A stretch of 62,516 nt of DNA, filler included, from Sphacelaria rigidula (Eukaryota), in assembly GCA_964200075.2 (NCBI GenBank). It is 7 parts of 7 records of this genome, joined end to end, with 100 filler letters (N's around TTAATTAATTAA, not from the genome) between each part and the next. Parts side by side here need not be neighbours in the genome. Positions count along the whole stretch, not along the records: positions 8,947 to 17,792 come from CAXNAA020009952.1; positions 17,893 to 26,738 come from CAXNAA020009953.1; 5 more parts are not named here. The stretch is one strand, 5' to 3'. The notes beneath the pieces are model-generated. The model had not been told where the DNA came from, did no database searches, and saw nothing but the letters and a program-made list of their open reading frames with translations. The position numbers and the translations under genes are program-made. Below are positions 11,813 through 23,315 of the stretch, in pieces. Positions within the stretch are counted from its first letter, which is position 1. Each line of letters starts with the position of its first letter.

Positions 11813-13615
11813 GAGTAATACTACGGTAAGGGTTGCACTTTTTTCATCGAAAGAGTTTCCCGGGGCTGCTCGGGGCATTGGACGGGTCATTTTGTGAATT
11901 GGCATTACTTTTTCTCGAAAAAGACCGAAAATGATGCCGATTCACGAAAAGGCCCATGCGTGCAAACACGATGTTTCTGGGATCGAATTTGCCCGCACCC
12001 ATTGCACCGAAGGGTTATGTCCTGGAGTCAAGGGCTTGTACCTCGGCTGGGTATAGTCGGCGGAATGGAGGTACTTTTGAAGCGGTTATCTATTCTGCGG
12101 TCAACCGGGTAACTACGAATCATGACGTTTGACGGTTTTTGTTATGGGCACCATGGAACGTCATCGAACGCTGACCTGTTAGGGAATAGCATGAACGTCA
12201 CTCGCGTGTAGTTTCGGAAATGGAGCATGTGTGGAATTTTCATGCATGTTTTTCTAGAGGCGACCGGAGTTCAATCTCTTTTCATCTTCTGGTGAACCGT
12301 GATTCTAGCTCTTGGTTTTTGGGTCTCCAGCTTCGGTATAATATAATAAACAAGTGCGTAGTTTTCAACACCTTCATTTTTCGACCTGCCCCTGGCCCGT
12401 GACTGGCCCAGGCAGGATATATTTACAAGGCACCATGCCACAAGGCACCCTTGTATCTCTTCTGCAATCACGCTAGCGCAAGGAGCTTCGGAGAACGAGA
12501 ATTCAAGGGGGTAGCAAGGAGTATAGGTTTTGGGATGAATCGCCCAAAACTCGAAAGTCTGTCACCAGAACAGGAAAACATTGTAAGAGAAATATTGAAA
12601 AGGCAACAGCATGATCACGAGAGGAGTAAAATAGAGGCCTTGAGTAAGCAAAAGGAAACCTTGCTGAACGAAAGAGCGCAGGAACGGCACCCACGTCTTG
12701 AAGAGGCAACCCCGGCAAGGAGCACGGCGACCCTTCGGCAGGAGCGACCCGCAGCGACCATTGAGGAGCAGGACCCACGACACCAAGGGCAGCACACTCC
12801 AATCACGGCCCACACGGATCACACAGGCACGTTGAGATTCCGTCCACTCAATATTATAATACCATGAAATGGGTGAGTACAAAGTGGCGAAGTTTTGAGT
12901 AAAAATAAAAACAATATTCAAGCTACAGATGAGCACGTACTTGAAGCAATAAAGATGCTTTTCAGTTTTGTCTCCCCAGTTTCCGATCAAGGTTCACTTT
13001 GACAGGGTGGATCCGTTTAAGATGAAGTTTGATGCAGACGAGGTAGACCAGGCTATCAGAGCATGGAATATCAGCATGGAAAATATTGTATATCTCCCTT
13101 GGTTGATCAGATCACGATGCTAGGATCCCCGAGCGAAGCATGAGATCACATCGTCAAGCTTTACCAAACTCTACCCACGACAGACAAAGCTAGGCTAGAG
13201 GTGGAATGGAATAGTATAGAGATGACCGTAGGAAAGATTCCATTCATGTACTTCAGCAGAGCCAAACTCATCCGTCATAACAGAGCAAGGCATGGGATAT
13301 TCTTGAGCGCATTGTGACCATGGTTCATGGGGAGAGTGAACTCGCGAAAGCCAGATCAGGCAACAGTCAGGACAGCGCCCTCTCGACGCGACCTCCATTT
13401 AGCTGCAGCAACTCTTTAGCGAAAACTGATCCTGGCCCGTGACTGGCCCAGGCAGGATTCATTTACAAGGCACCACGCCACGAGGCACCCTTGTATCTCT
13501 TTTGCAATTACGGTCTGCGGAGATTTGGGTCGCACAATAAGCCCAATATATTTGCTCTCCTACAAGATTGAGAGCCCCAAAAACAAAAAGTACAACCCCT
13601 ACCGTAGCATTGCTC
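11813..13615. mobile_element. Non-autonomous Sola2-like DNA transposon (GAG...CTC termini, 4-bp TSD AAAG)
   Basis: GAGTAATACTACGGTAAGGGTTGCACTTTTT vs rc GAGCAATGCTACGGTAGGGGTTGTACTTTTT; AAAG at 11809-11812 and 13616-13619; removal restores LTFRKLHTESDLHEIKARR. Confidence 0.8.
12391..13512 (+). mobile_element. Segment bounded by 82-bp direct repeats (12391-12472, 13431-13512) enclosing a Copia gag fragment
   Basis: Repeats differ at 6 of 82 positions by manual count; interior translates across shifts to gag-like GSPSEA*DHIVKLY...DKARLEVEWNSIEMTVG...YFSRAKLIR. Confidence 0.75.
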
Positions 13616-15305
13616 AAAGCTCCACACCGAGAGCGACCTTCACGAGATCAAGGCCCGACGCCATTGTGCCACGCCGAAGCCCAACAACGCGTCACCACCA
13701 AAGCCCGACCAAGTGGTGCTTGGAAAGCCGCCCGGTTCGAAGCTCGACGCCCAAGACATCATGGTTTTCCACGAGATACTCGGACACCCCAGCGAGGAGA
13801 TAACGGGCGGGACTGCCAAGATGGTCGACATACAGCTGACAGGCGAATGACGACCATGTGCGCCCTGCCCCAAATCACGCGCGCTGATACGCGCGCTGGG
13901 CGATTCTTCGTCGATCTCGCCGGATCCTTTGCGGGCACATCGTTTTCCGGTACCCGCTACGCAATATTGTTTATCGACGACTACAGCCGGTTCAAGATCA
14001 TACGGTGTCTGGAGAAGGACGATACCACTGCGGCTTTTAAGGACATCCTCGCCTCGCACATCACCCCGGAGGCATCAAGATCGACATCATCTGTACTGAC
14101 GAAGGTGAATTCGAGGGGGGGCTCCAAGATCTCCTCAACAAGCTGGGAACAAAGCACGAGCCGCCACCTCACACTCCTCAGTACAACGCGGTCGCCGGAA
14201 TGGGAATCCGATCGCCTCTAGGCCGAAGCCATGCAATACGCCTCCGACATGACCAACAAGAGCGTCACGTCGTGACTGGGCCGCGGACTTACGCCCTACC
14301 CTGGTATGACCAGAAACCTTCCTTCACTGGGATTCTTCCGTTCGGCACCGTCGGCTACTTACGCCGGCACAATCCGCCACACAAGCTGGCCCCGCGCGGA
14401 AACAAATGTATCCTGCTAGCCACTGCGAAGGATCACCCGTCGCTCACATACCGAGTGCGAAACCTCACCGCCCGATCAATTGTTCTGCATCAATCCGTTG
14501 TCTGACACCCCCTCGAAGCCACCTGCATACGACGGGCCGACGGCCGCGAAGTCGGGGGGGGGGGGGACAAGCACACCCTCACGCCGGTTGGTCACTCGAA
14601 CGACCTTCAAGACCGTTGGCGAATACCCCTCCGAAAAAGAGACAGAGAGAGCTCGAGCGGTATATTTCCGAGCAGAAGGAGGAAGAGCAACTCAATACGA
14701 CGACCACCACGCCCACGACCGCTTCTACACGCAAATTGGCAAGCTAACACACGGGCGAAACTCCAGTCATCCTACCGCGATGCACACGTGGAGGAGGGTT
14801 AACTGCGCTACTCAGTTCCGCGATAAAAGCTCAGACCGCGGACATGGAGACCAGGAAGTTGGAGGATACCATGGCCGAAAACGTGGCAGCCATCGTCACC
14901 GCTAAGCGAGCTACCAGAAGAACGAACAACACTGGTACAGGCACAATCATCACCAGAATGAACCCAGTGGCGAAATGGTACAACTCTCTCGCGGGGTCCG
15001 CGAAACGGTAGACTGCCCCAAAGGCAGAACTGTTCTTGGCACCAGACTCGTCTTCAAGAGGAAGATCAACGAGGACGGTCAGATCGAGAAGTACAGATGC
15101 CGATTTGTCGCCCACGATTTTCACCAGATGCCCGGTACCCACTACCAGGAGTCCCCCTCTCCCACATCAGCGAAATCCAGCATCCGGATGGCACTTGCGC
15201 TCATGGCGAGACGCAACTGGAAAGGATGCTAACTGTGGAGATGACCTACCTCGAGGCGGACGTCGAGGAATAAATCATTAACAGTATTCGAGTAGAGGAA
15301 TACTG

Positions 15306-15883
15306 TGTTGGAAGTACAGCATTTTTCGGTACAAGTTGTGACTGTTCAACGAAATCATGAACCATGTAGTACCGTTTCATGTGTATCTTTTGACTGAAGA
15401 TATCCTTCCACGGTTATCTACATAGCTCATAGGGTGCTGCAGTAAGAAATGTGCTGCCGTGGTTTGTTACACAACAGTGTCCAGTATCAAGGTAACTAGG
15501 TCACGTAGCTTGCAGTAGGTCTAGTGCAAAGAGCTGGTAAGACTAACACATCAATGTTGCATAGCATTATACAATTTGGTCTCACGCACATGTACGGACT
15601 TTGCTTTTCGTTCCAGGATTGCAAGGGACGATTGGACTCAGTCACCTCGGCCCCCAATGCCTTCACTCTCCTTTGTTCCATTCAGCTCTCTGCTTTGAAA
15701 AGATACTGTTTGTTTCTGCGTTGGCCAAGTGAAGCGCCCGTGAAAACCACCTGCTTTGTTTTGTTTTTGCTGCAGAAGTGATGTAACAACCACTGGTGCA
15801 CCTCTGCCACACACTACTGTCCGGTGCTGCAGTAGCGATCTGTCCTCCAAGATAGCGCCACACGAAACGAGCATTTTCCAACA
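15306..15883 (+). repeat. 5' LTR of a second Copia element
   Basis: Perfect 8-bp inverted termini TGTTGGAA...TTCCAACA, followed directly by a PBS. Confidence 0.8.
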
Positions 15884-15894
15884 GGTTATGAGCC
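15884..15894 (+). promoter_or_regulatory. Primer-binding site of the half-tRNA-iMet type (GGTTATGAGCC)
   Basis: Immediately after the LTR CA; resembles the copia/hemivirus PBS GGTTATGGGCCC. Confidence 0.75.
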
Positions 15895-16499
15895 TCGATT
15901 CGTGACCGCACAAGTCGGCACCAGCGAGGAGGCGTGCCATCAAGGTCGGCACAGCAGAGAAAGTGAGAAGAGTCCAGTACCCGGAATATTTCTTGGACAA
16001 TTTCCAGGCGTGACAATGTGTTACACGTTATTACAGATGAATAACCAAGGATAGTCATCTATTACATAGCTCATCGAGAGCATGAGTAAATTCAATGGCA
16101 GTGCGTCTCTCGAATGGAAACGCTGTACACGCGCCACCATCTCCCTGACGCATCTACGAATATCTGAAATCAACAATGGGGGTGTTCGCCCCACGGAACA
16201 TTTTGGTGACGCTGTGCGCATACATGATGTAGAACCACAGCCAGTTTCGAGATCGACGTCATCAAGAAGAACTCCCATTGATACCTGCTAAAGAGGCCGC
16301 CATCAGCATACTAGTCGTACGCGTTTGTCATCAGAGGGGGCAGCCGAGGGAAGTTGAGGATCATGCAGGCGGTGCGGCGGGCTTTTCCCGGACACACGTG
16401 AGGTTTGTCGTGAATAAGACAGAAATTGAAAATTTGGATTGCTGTAATGAACAGTCGTTGAATTTTTACACCCAACAACAACCGGCCCAGCGGCAAGTT

Positions 16500-17210
16500 T
16501 TATTCCACTCTTCAAGTCAAAGGGTCTTGAAAATCCTAAGGGGAAAATATCGTGGCAAGGTCTGGTCGCAAAAAATCAGAACTCCTCGAAACAGAGACGC
16601 TGCGTTTTTATGCGGCAGTTGTTGAACAACGTAAAAATGTCTAGTGGTCAAGACCCTGACGTGTTCTTGATACAAGTTTATCAACTCCGAGACGAGTTGG
16701 TGCACATGGGCGAAGTCATCTCCGACGAGCGAGTGACGGGCATTGTAATCGAGGGTTTGATGGACGACTACGACCAAATAGAGTATAATGCTGAGTGTGA
16801 CCCCGATTTCAGCATTTCCGACATTGAAGTCATGATGCGGAACATGTACTTCAATCGCGTTGCGCGCTGTATTTTAAAGGAGATCCATAGTAATGAATCA
16901 GCCATGGTAGCGGCCTCACCGCTCGATTCATCAGCGTAATCTACAAAAATTCAGGGAAAATACTACTTCCGTGTGAAACCAGGTCACCATATGCGTGACG
17001 GTCGTCCCAAAAACAGCCCAACAAACAGTAAAAACAGGCGGGTAAAGTGGTGCCGTCTTCATTGTACCGGTAGACACGACAGTTCTGAGCGCAAGAGTCA
17101 AATTTTCAACAGAAGTGCGTACAATAGCAATAGCGAGAACAACAACTACCAAAGGAGAAGCAACAACCGACACATCAGCAACAACAGCAACGACAGTAAC
17201 GACAGCAATA
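16500..17210 (+). pseudogene. Copia gag fragment (UBN2/Retrotran_gag_2-like plus degenerate Zn knuckles)
   Basis: LLNNVKMSSGQDPDVFLIQVYQLRDELVHMGEVISDERVTGIVIEGLMDDYDQI; KPGHHMRD; KWCRLHCTGRHDSSE. Confidence 0.85.
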
Positions 17211-17689
17211 CAGAATTTTGCACGCCCTACATTTTGCAAACCCTGCATTTTGCATAGCGTTTTTGTCGAAACCCTGCAAGCAACCCTGTGGAAAGGTCCT
17301 TCCAATTTTGAAAATTCTAAATTATTCCTTTGAGGCCCTCGGCCGAAAAGGGTTCTACTGGACCGAAATTCAAAAAGTGTCCTATCCGTCCGCTCTAACA
17401 ACGAAGGTCAGAACCACGCATTTTGTTTGCCCGAATGGATTCGAAGCCGCGCTGCTCGAAAAAAACCATCCCATCGCTCTTCTAACATTAATCGAGACGC
17501 TCTCAAGAAGTTTCAGCTTGATTGGTGCTCATGGCGTTGTGATTCGCTTCTATCTGTAAGCGGTCTCAAGAACAGCCCAGCTCGACTCCTTTTGACCGGC
17601 ACGACGTAGTCGCTCTCCACTGTAGAATGGACTTGTATCTCCTCGAGAAAAGAGGCGTCCCTTTATCCCCACTCACCACGCCAAAACGT

Positions 17690-17792
17690 TCATATGTGGG
17701 TGCATCAGCCGGCTCACACAGGAGGAAGGTCAACACAGGAGTTTTTCTTTTTTTGTTTGTTTTTAGTACTCCACCTGCCTTCTGCGGCGCTT
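17690..17792 (-). mobile_element. Partial copy of the tRNA-derived SINE at the contig end
   Basis: GGAGGAAGGTCAACACAGGAG-T-run-TAGTACTCCACCTGCCTTCTGCGG matches 843-905. Confidence 0.7.
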
Positions 17793-17892
17793 NNNNNNNN
17801 NNNNNNNNNNNNNNNNNNNNNNNNNNNNNNNNNNNNTTAATTAATTAANNNNNNNNNNNNNNNNNNNNNNNNNNNNNNNNNNNNNNNNNNNN
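17793..17892. other. Artificial contig linker
   Basis: Same 100-nt N/TTAATTAATTAA/N spacer. Confidence 0.98.
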
Positions 17893-20800
17893 TTCAGACA
17901 TTTGTTGTCCCGCCTGGGGGGGGGGGGGTATTGGGGTTTCAAAACATGTACGGATTTTGACCCCAGCTTATCCTCTCCCCATTCAGCTTACTATTGGTAT
18001 TTTGACTCATTCTCATGTTGCGGTATCACTATACCTTGTACTGACCGTTTTGCAACGGGCTGGGTGTGTGGAGCACTGAAATAAGCGCCACCTGTCAAGA
18101 GCGATCGGCACTCCCGACAGGTGAAGTGACGGTGCTGATTCCATCAGACGGTGAGTGGCTATTATTTCTTTGTTCCCCTCGTCCTGAAATGCCAGCAAAC
18201 CTCTGCCCCCCTTCCTACCGTTTGAACGGATCTTGAAACAAGACCGTAACGAGCCACCCTTGGCGAGGTACGAACAAGAAGAGTCGGACATCGATGATCA
18301 CTTCATTGACAACCGCCCTACATCTTCTCGAAGACATGCGGGCCATAACCTCATTACCGGGGGATTCAATACACAGTTACCCTCCGCTCACCGTTGACCA
18401 ACTCGCCTACCGCCGTCCTGGTCGACCCTGCTTCACCAGCAGAGCCAAGACAAGTACCGCCATGTCCAGGTTGAACTCCCAGCACTACTGGTACCTCGGT
18501 AGCGGAGGGTCCAGCGAGCACAGGACGTGAGGGCGAAACGACACCGTGTGCGGACGAAGATGAAGCGCCCCCGCTGCGTGCGGCTTGACTATTTCGCTCA
18601 TCGTCAGCTGCATCGGTGCTAGCGGACGGCCTCGCCGATGTCATGGTGTGGTTTTCCATTAATTGTGTTCCTGTTCCGGTTATCCTTGCGGGACCAGGCG
18701 AAAGTGGTTTGCATGATCTCGTCCTCGCTGTGCTGTGTCTACTGTCACTTGTAACAGCTTTGGTGCGGGTTGGAGAAGTAGCCTTTTCGCCGATTGTAGC
18801 GCCTGAACGTTTGTCAAGGAATTGAGAGCGTCGCAGGGACGGCGTGAAATTCAGAGAGAGGGAGCAGAGGGTATGGCGCATCTTCTGTTTCCACAGCAAA
18901 ACCCCAGAAACTGTGCTAAAGGTTTAGGTGAAGCTTGATACATACAGCACAGACATGGACGCTGCGTCTCTCCCTGCGGGAGAATATCGCGATTTCGCAG
19001 AAGCTGGCAAGAAGGGAAATTCTTGCTCCAATACAAGGGGTGTTGTCCCCACCCTTCCCCTCCCCCGGCAGCTTACACTGCAAATGTCCAATAATACCAT
19101 TCCGCTTGGTGTGAGAAAGTAATTATGACAAAAACAACTGGTGTCATCACTATGAAAGTCAACTTCGGAGGGTGAGTACCGAAAAATAGCTCCGTCTCGA
19201 CACAGTAGGGATGCGACGCCAGCGATGAAACGACAGGCGTAGGCATTATCACGAGTACACCCACGTATCACAACGTTTATGGGGACTATTGTGTAGTACA
19301 AAGTATATATGTTTGAAATGACTTCGCGAAGGTAAACCATTCAAGAATGTTCCACTTGTGCTCTTACCATGATTGTTCTGCTACTAACTCCTCACCACCC
19401 CCACCCCGCAACCCTTCCAATCGCATTGAGGACTCGCGTTGGGTAATCGAATCAAAACACGAAGGGGCGGCCGCGTCCGAGGTCGACAATTCCACGCTGT
19501 GTCGCTTTATGAAACGGTGATCTTTATCGACCATCACGCCGTCACCACTTAGTTCACGTGAATCTGAATCCCTTTTTTCTAGAACAATAAGACGGGCACC
19601 TTGATCCCTGCCGCCAGACGCTGATGATACAAGATCTCTTGTACCGTCTCCAGCCGGTGTTCCGCGTTGTTCCTTGCGGTCTCCGTTGGTTTTATCGTCA
19701 CGAATTCGGGCATCGTAATGGTTGAGGAGGTGCTGATGCACTTGGCCTAAAGATGCTTTCCCTTCTCCAAACCTGGAACATCAAAATATCCCCGTGGTCG
19801 TTCAAGGCCGAGGGCGATAGAGACAGCAACGTATCCTACGGTACGAGGGCTTGCATTCTGAATAAGCGCTGTGGTAATACGCATTGCAGTGGGACCCGTG
19901 AGGTGTGAACGCGACCCTAAGATGGGATAAGTGTCATCATCTTCCCACGCCACTCGCCACTATGCCAAGCTCTCACGAATCAGTCATGTCGGAGGATCGA
20001 AGGCGAACGCCCAGGTAACGCCTAGATCAAGGTACTCTTCGCCCACAGTTCACCGATATGTAGTGAAGGTGTTGCCGCCTTGCACCACTCACTGTGTGGT
20101 TGGGTTTCATAACCACGCGTCTGTAATGGAGTTTCCTTCGGGAAGCCAGCCGAAGCCGTGGCCACGTCGCCAAAACGAATCAGTATTCGTGTGCGTTGCT
20201 TCGGAAGACAGCTCCGTGTGAGATAGGCTGTACACTACGCTAACGGTTGCAAAGGTAAATTCAACTAACTGGCCGTACCTACCCGCCAAAGTTGAGGTAC
20301 GGCTAGCACCAGACGGCATACAATCGGGTGCGCTTCGTGCGCGTTCGTTCAGGACGCTGCTCCGGGAGGTGTACGGTCGCTAGCTTCGGTATCGGCGAAA
20401 TATTGGAATTAAAAGCATGCACGAGCGCACGACCGTTCAAATAATCGGTCAAGACACCGCTTAATCAGTTTAAAATTGTGTCTCCAACCTCGAAATGTGT
20501 AGGTTCGTTGAACCCCCTCGCGGGACAAATTACGGTTGCCACCCTTCGCAGAGCAAACAGACAGCGCGGCGTGCTGTATAGCTGTTGACAAGAGACAAAG
20601 ACAACTGCTCAAATCACGGTAGTACAACATGCCAAGCAGGCGATAAGAGCGTGAAACGATTTGTCGAAACCAGGAAACGAGCCAACTAACGGCTGCTACT
20701 TTAAGACACAATTCAAGGCGGCTACCTTACCTCGCCGGTTCAGCTTGGTGTAGTCGGCGTAATGTTTCCACTGCGGCATCTACCACCGGGTCATCCACAT

Positions 20801-22534
20801 CTTGTACCCTGCCAACAACCCCCTCCAGCACAGCGTAATACTGTCCCTTATCCAACGTCAGACCGCGGGCCTTAACCCCGACAAGACAACGGAAACGGCA
20901 AAGAGCAGTAGGTGGGGCACACACCCTGTAATGCCGGGCACACAGTTCCGGCAGGCGCCTAAGCAATGTGATGTCTATCATAAGACCACTCGAACATCGA
21001 CAGTTGTCATTCCTGACAAATATCACGAATGGGTGCTACGGAGTGAGAGCGACAAGTACTACAAGCTAGAGTATGGCATCCAGATGCTGAACACGGCATT
21101 GGGCAACCGCAGTTTTTCTGCCGGCCAACGGAAGTGGCGATAGCCATCTCCTACAGTACGGTAGCATGCTGCCGTTTATCGAACGTCACGCTTCAGGCAT
21201 ATTCCGGTGCAATATGAAGATTTGATAGCAATTTACAAGTTACAACCGGTGACGAACAATTTTTCAACCCACAGCGCCCGGACGGTTGATACTACATGTC
21301 TAAAGTATTTTGAACATATGACACATGTCGACCATGATGTTCATGCCGGAAGTCCAAGTGACAAAATATGGTCAAGGTCAGGTAAATTCTCTCGAAAGCG
21401 CTCAGGTAGAACGAGGCGGATGGGATACCTTTGTTCCGGCACGGGATGCGACAGATGATCGTCTGTCACCCTTGAAAGCAGAAGTGAATAATATTTAGCG
21501 ACCCACTGTGCTCGAAGTGCACACCAGATTCAAACGATAGACAGCTGTCGTGGTTCGGTTTTTAATGAGCACAAACTACCGTGGTGGGACAATCTGGTGC
21601 CATGATACTCATCGAAGGGAAATATCCTCATTCTAGATGATTATTTCTCGGCCAAATCTACACAGTCCACCCTGCATGCAAATCACGCTCACGTCGCTCA
21701 CCATTAAGCGCGCAGGAACGAGCGTGCTCCATAGTCGGATGGTGGCGTCATCATGCTCCATGCCGTGGTGGACCAACTGATCGACCAAGATAGCGGCGAT
21801 GTCCGGCAACTGCTCCTGCATGAATGAACCCCAGTACAACTCAGCGATGTATTTGATAGAAGTACAATTCAGTTATCCCTTAGTGCTTTTGTGTGTTGCA
21901 CTATGTACTGTTGTGAGCGGATCAGGGGTCAATGATTAGCTTGGGCTTCATTCTGTAAATTTGTACAGAACGCACTAAAACGCCCAGTGTTGGCCTTAGT
22001 AGCCCCTGCAGGCTGTGCTGGACCCATCTCAGCGGTAGCACTCCGTCTTTCACGGGTGTAGGATACTGCACATCTGGAACGAAAATCTTAATGACAAACA
22101 GCGACATACCACGGGAAAACCAATAGCACATTACAGAAAGTTAGGAGTGGCTTCGTTCAGTTGTTGGCGAGAGAGGTGGAGACCGCACGGCGCGTCCAGC
22201 CACCAACTGCGATCGGCAATGAAAACATGGGACAAGTAGGCGTATATCCTCGTGGTTTCAAGCTCCGAGAACATATTGACATCAGCAATTCTAGGCTTCT
22301 ACTTATTATCCTAGCACGGTTTTTGAAGACTTCGTTTATCTTGAAAATAATGTGGGGTCTCTATGAAGTAACACCGTGCGAGCATAATAAGTAGAAGCCT
22401 AAGCAACTCCGTGTGTACACCGGATTGGCGCAAGGGGCCTTGTCTCAGTCCAAAGGGGTTGCGAAACATGTGCGACTTGCCTGGCCTTTCACGCATTCAC
22501 CGAGGACATCTTCGGCGGGGGCTCGGAGAATTTT

Positions 22535-22859
22535 CCGCGAGAAGCACTCGATCACCGAAGGGACCGTTGCGGCGATACAAGCTCTTGTTGCGTGTGACTC
22601 GTGAGAAGGCCCCAACTAGTGGATTACCGCACACATGGACGGACCGAAACAGTTGAAAAGAGGGTCTCATAGTGAACGCCACAGCACCCTAGTCGAAGTC
22701 CGTGAAGTGCACTCGGTCGCCGAGGGGACCGTTCCAGCGAATCAAGCTCTGGTTGGGTGTGACTTGTGATCAGGGCCCTTCAGGTTAATTGCCGCATAGG
22801 CATATGACTCGAAACGGTAGGGAAGCGAGTTCTATAGTGAACGCTATAGTACCCTAGTT
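22535..22859. repeat. Degenerate ~165-bp tandem duplication
   Basis: Two units share GCACTCG-GGGACCGTT-CAAGCTCT-GTGTGACT-CGAAAC-ATAGTGAACGC-ACCCTAGT in order. Confidence 0.8.
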
Positions 22860-23235
22860 ACAAAACAAATCAGACACGTACGGGATGAAAAAATCCAAAG
22901 AGCATGGTTCGTGATGCGTGCGTTCCCGCATGATCTTCCGGATAGCGTCAGGCCAATCCCACTTCTCCAATCCCACCTTTGTATGAAACAAGTGCCTATC
23001 ATTAGCGATCATTAGAAGAACATCGTGGCTAGAATCATGGGTATCCCACCTATCAGGCGACTCCTACGCAATAAAATACGACTGATGTACGTGCGTCTTG
23101 CATGGAGTATTTGCACCAGACAGTCATAAGGGATGGCCTATACTGCATTGGCGCCGTCTCTTCAAAGTGGACGAGTGACAGAATCTTTGGTGCTGTTCCC
23201 CGCAAAATATGAAAAGAGCGTTTCAACTAATTGAT

Positions 23236-23315
23236 CGAAAAGGGATATTTACGTTCCAACACTGCCGTTCAATCCCGAAAAGGGATATTTACGTTCCAAC
23301 ACAGCCGTTCAATCC
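23236..23315. repeat. 40-bp tandem duplication
   Basis: CGAAAAGGGATATTTACGTTCCAACACWGCCGTTCAATCC x2. Confidence 0.9.

Larger units (their letters stand above)
9100..15273 (+). mobile_element. Ty1/Copia LTR retrotransposon remnant, 3'-truncated in RT, with two nested insertions
   Basis: Copia order: gag (SPSQAW, Zn-knuckle remnants), protease (FWVAGSRASEH), GAG-pre-integrase (FHEILGHPSEE), integrase (FFVDLAG...FIDDYSR), RT (FKRKINEDGQIEKYRCRFVA); many stops and frameshifts. Confidence 0.92.

Noticed and set aside
12411-12422. GGCAGGATATAT matches the T-DNA border / IncP nic core
   Set aside because: Only 12 nt; the second repeat copy reads GGCAGGATTCAT; no bacterial cargo
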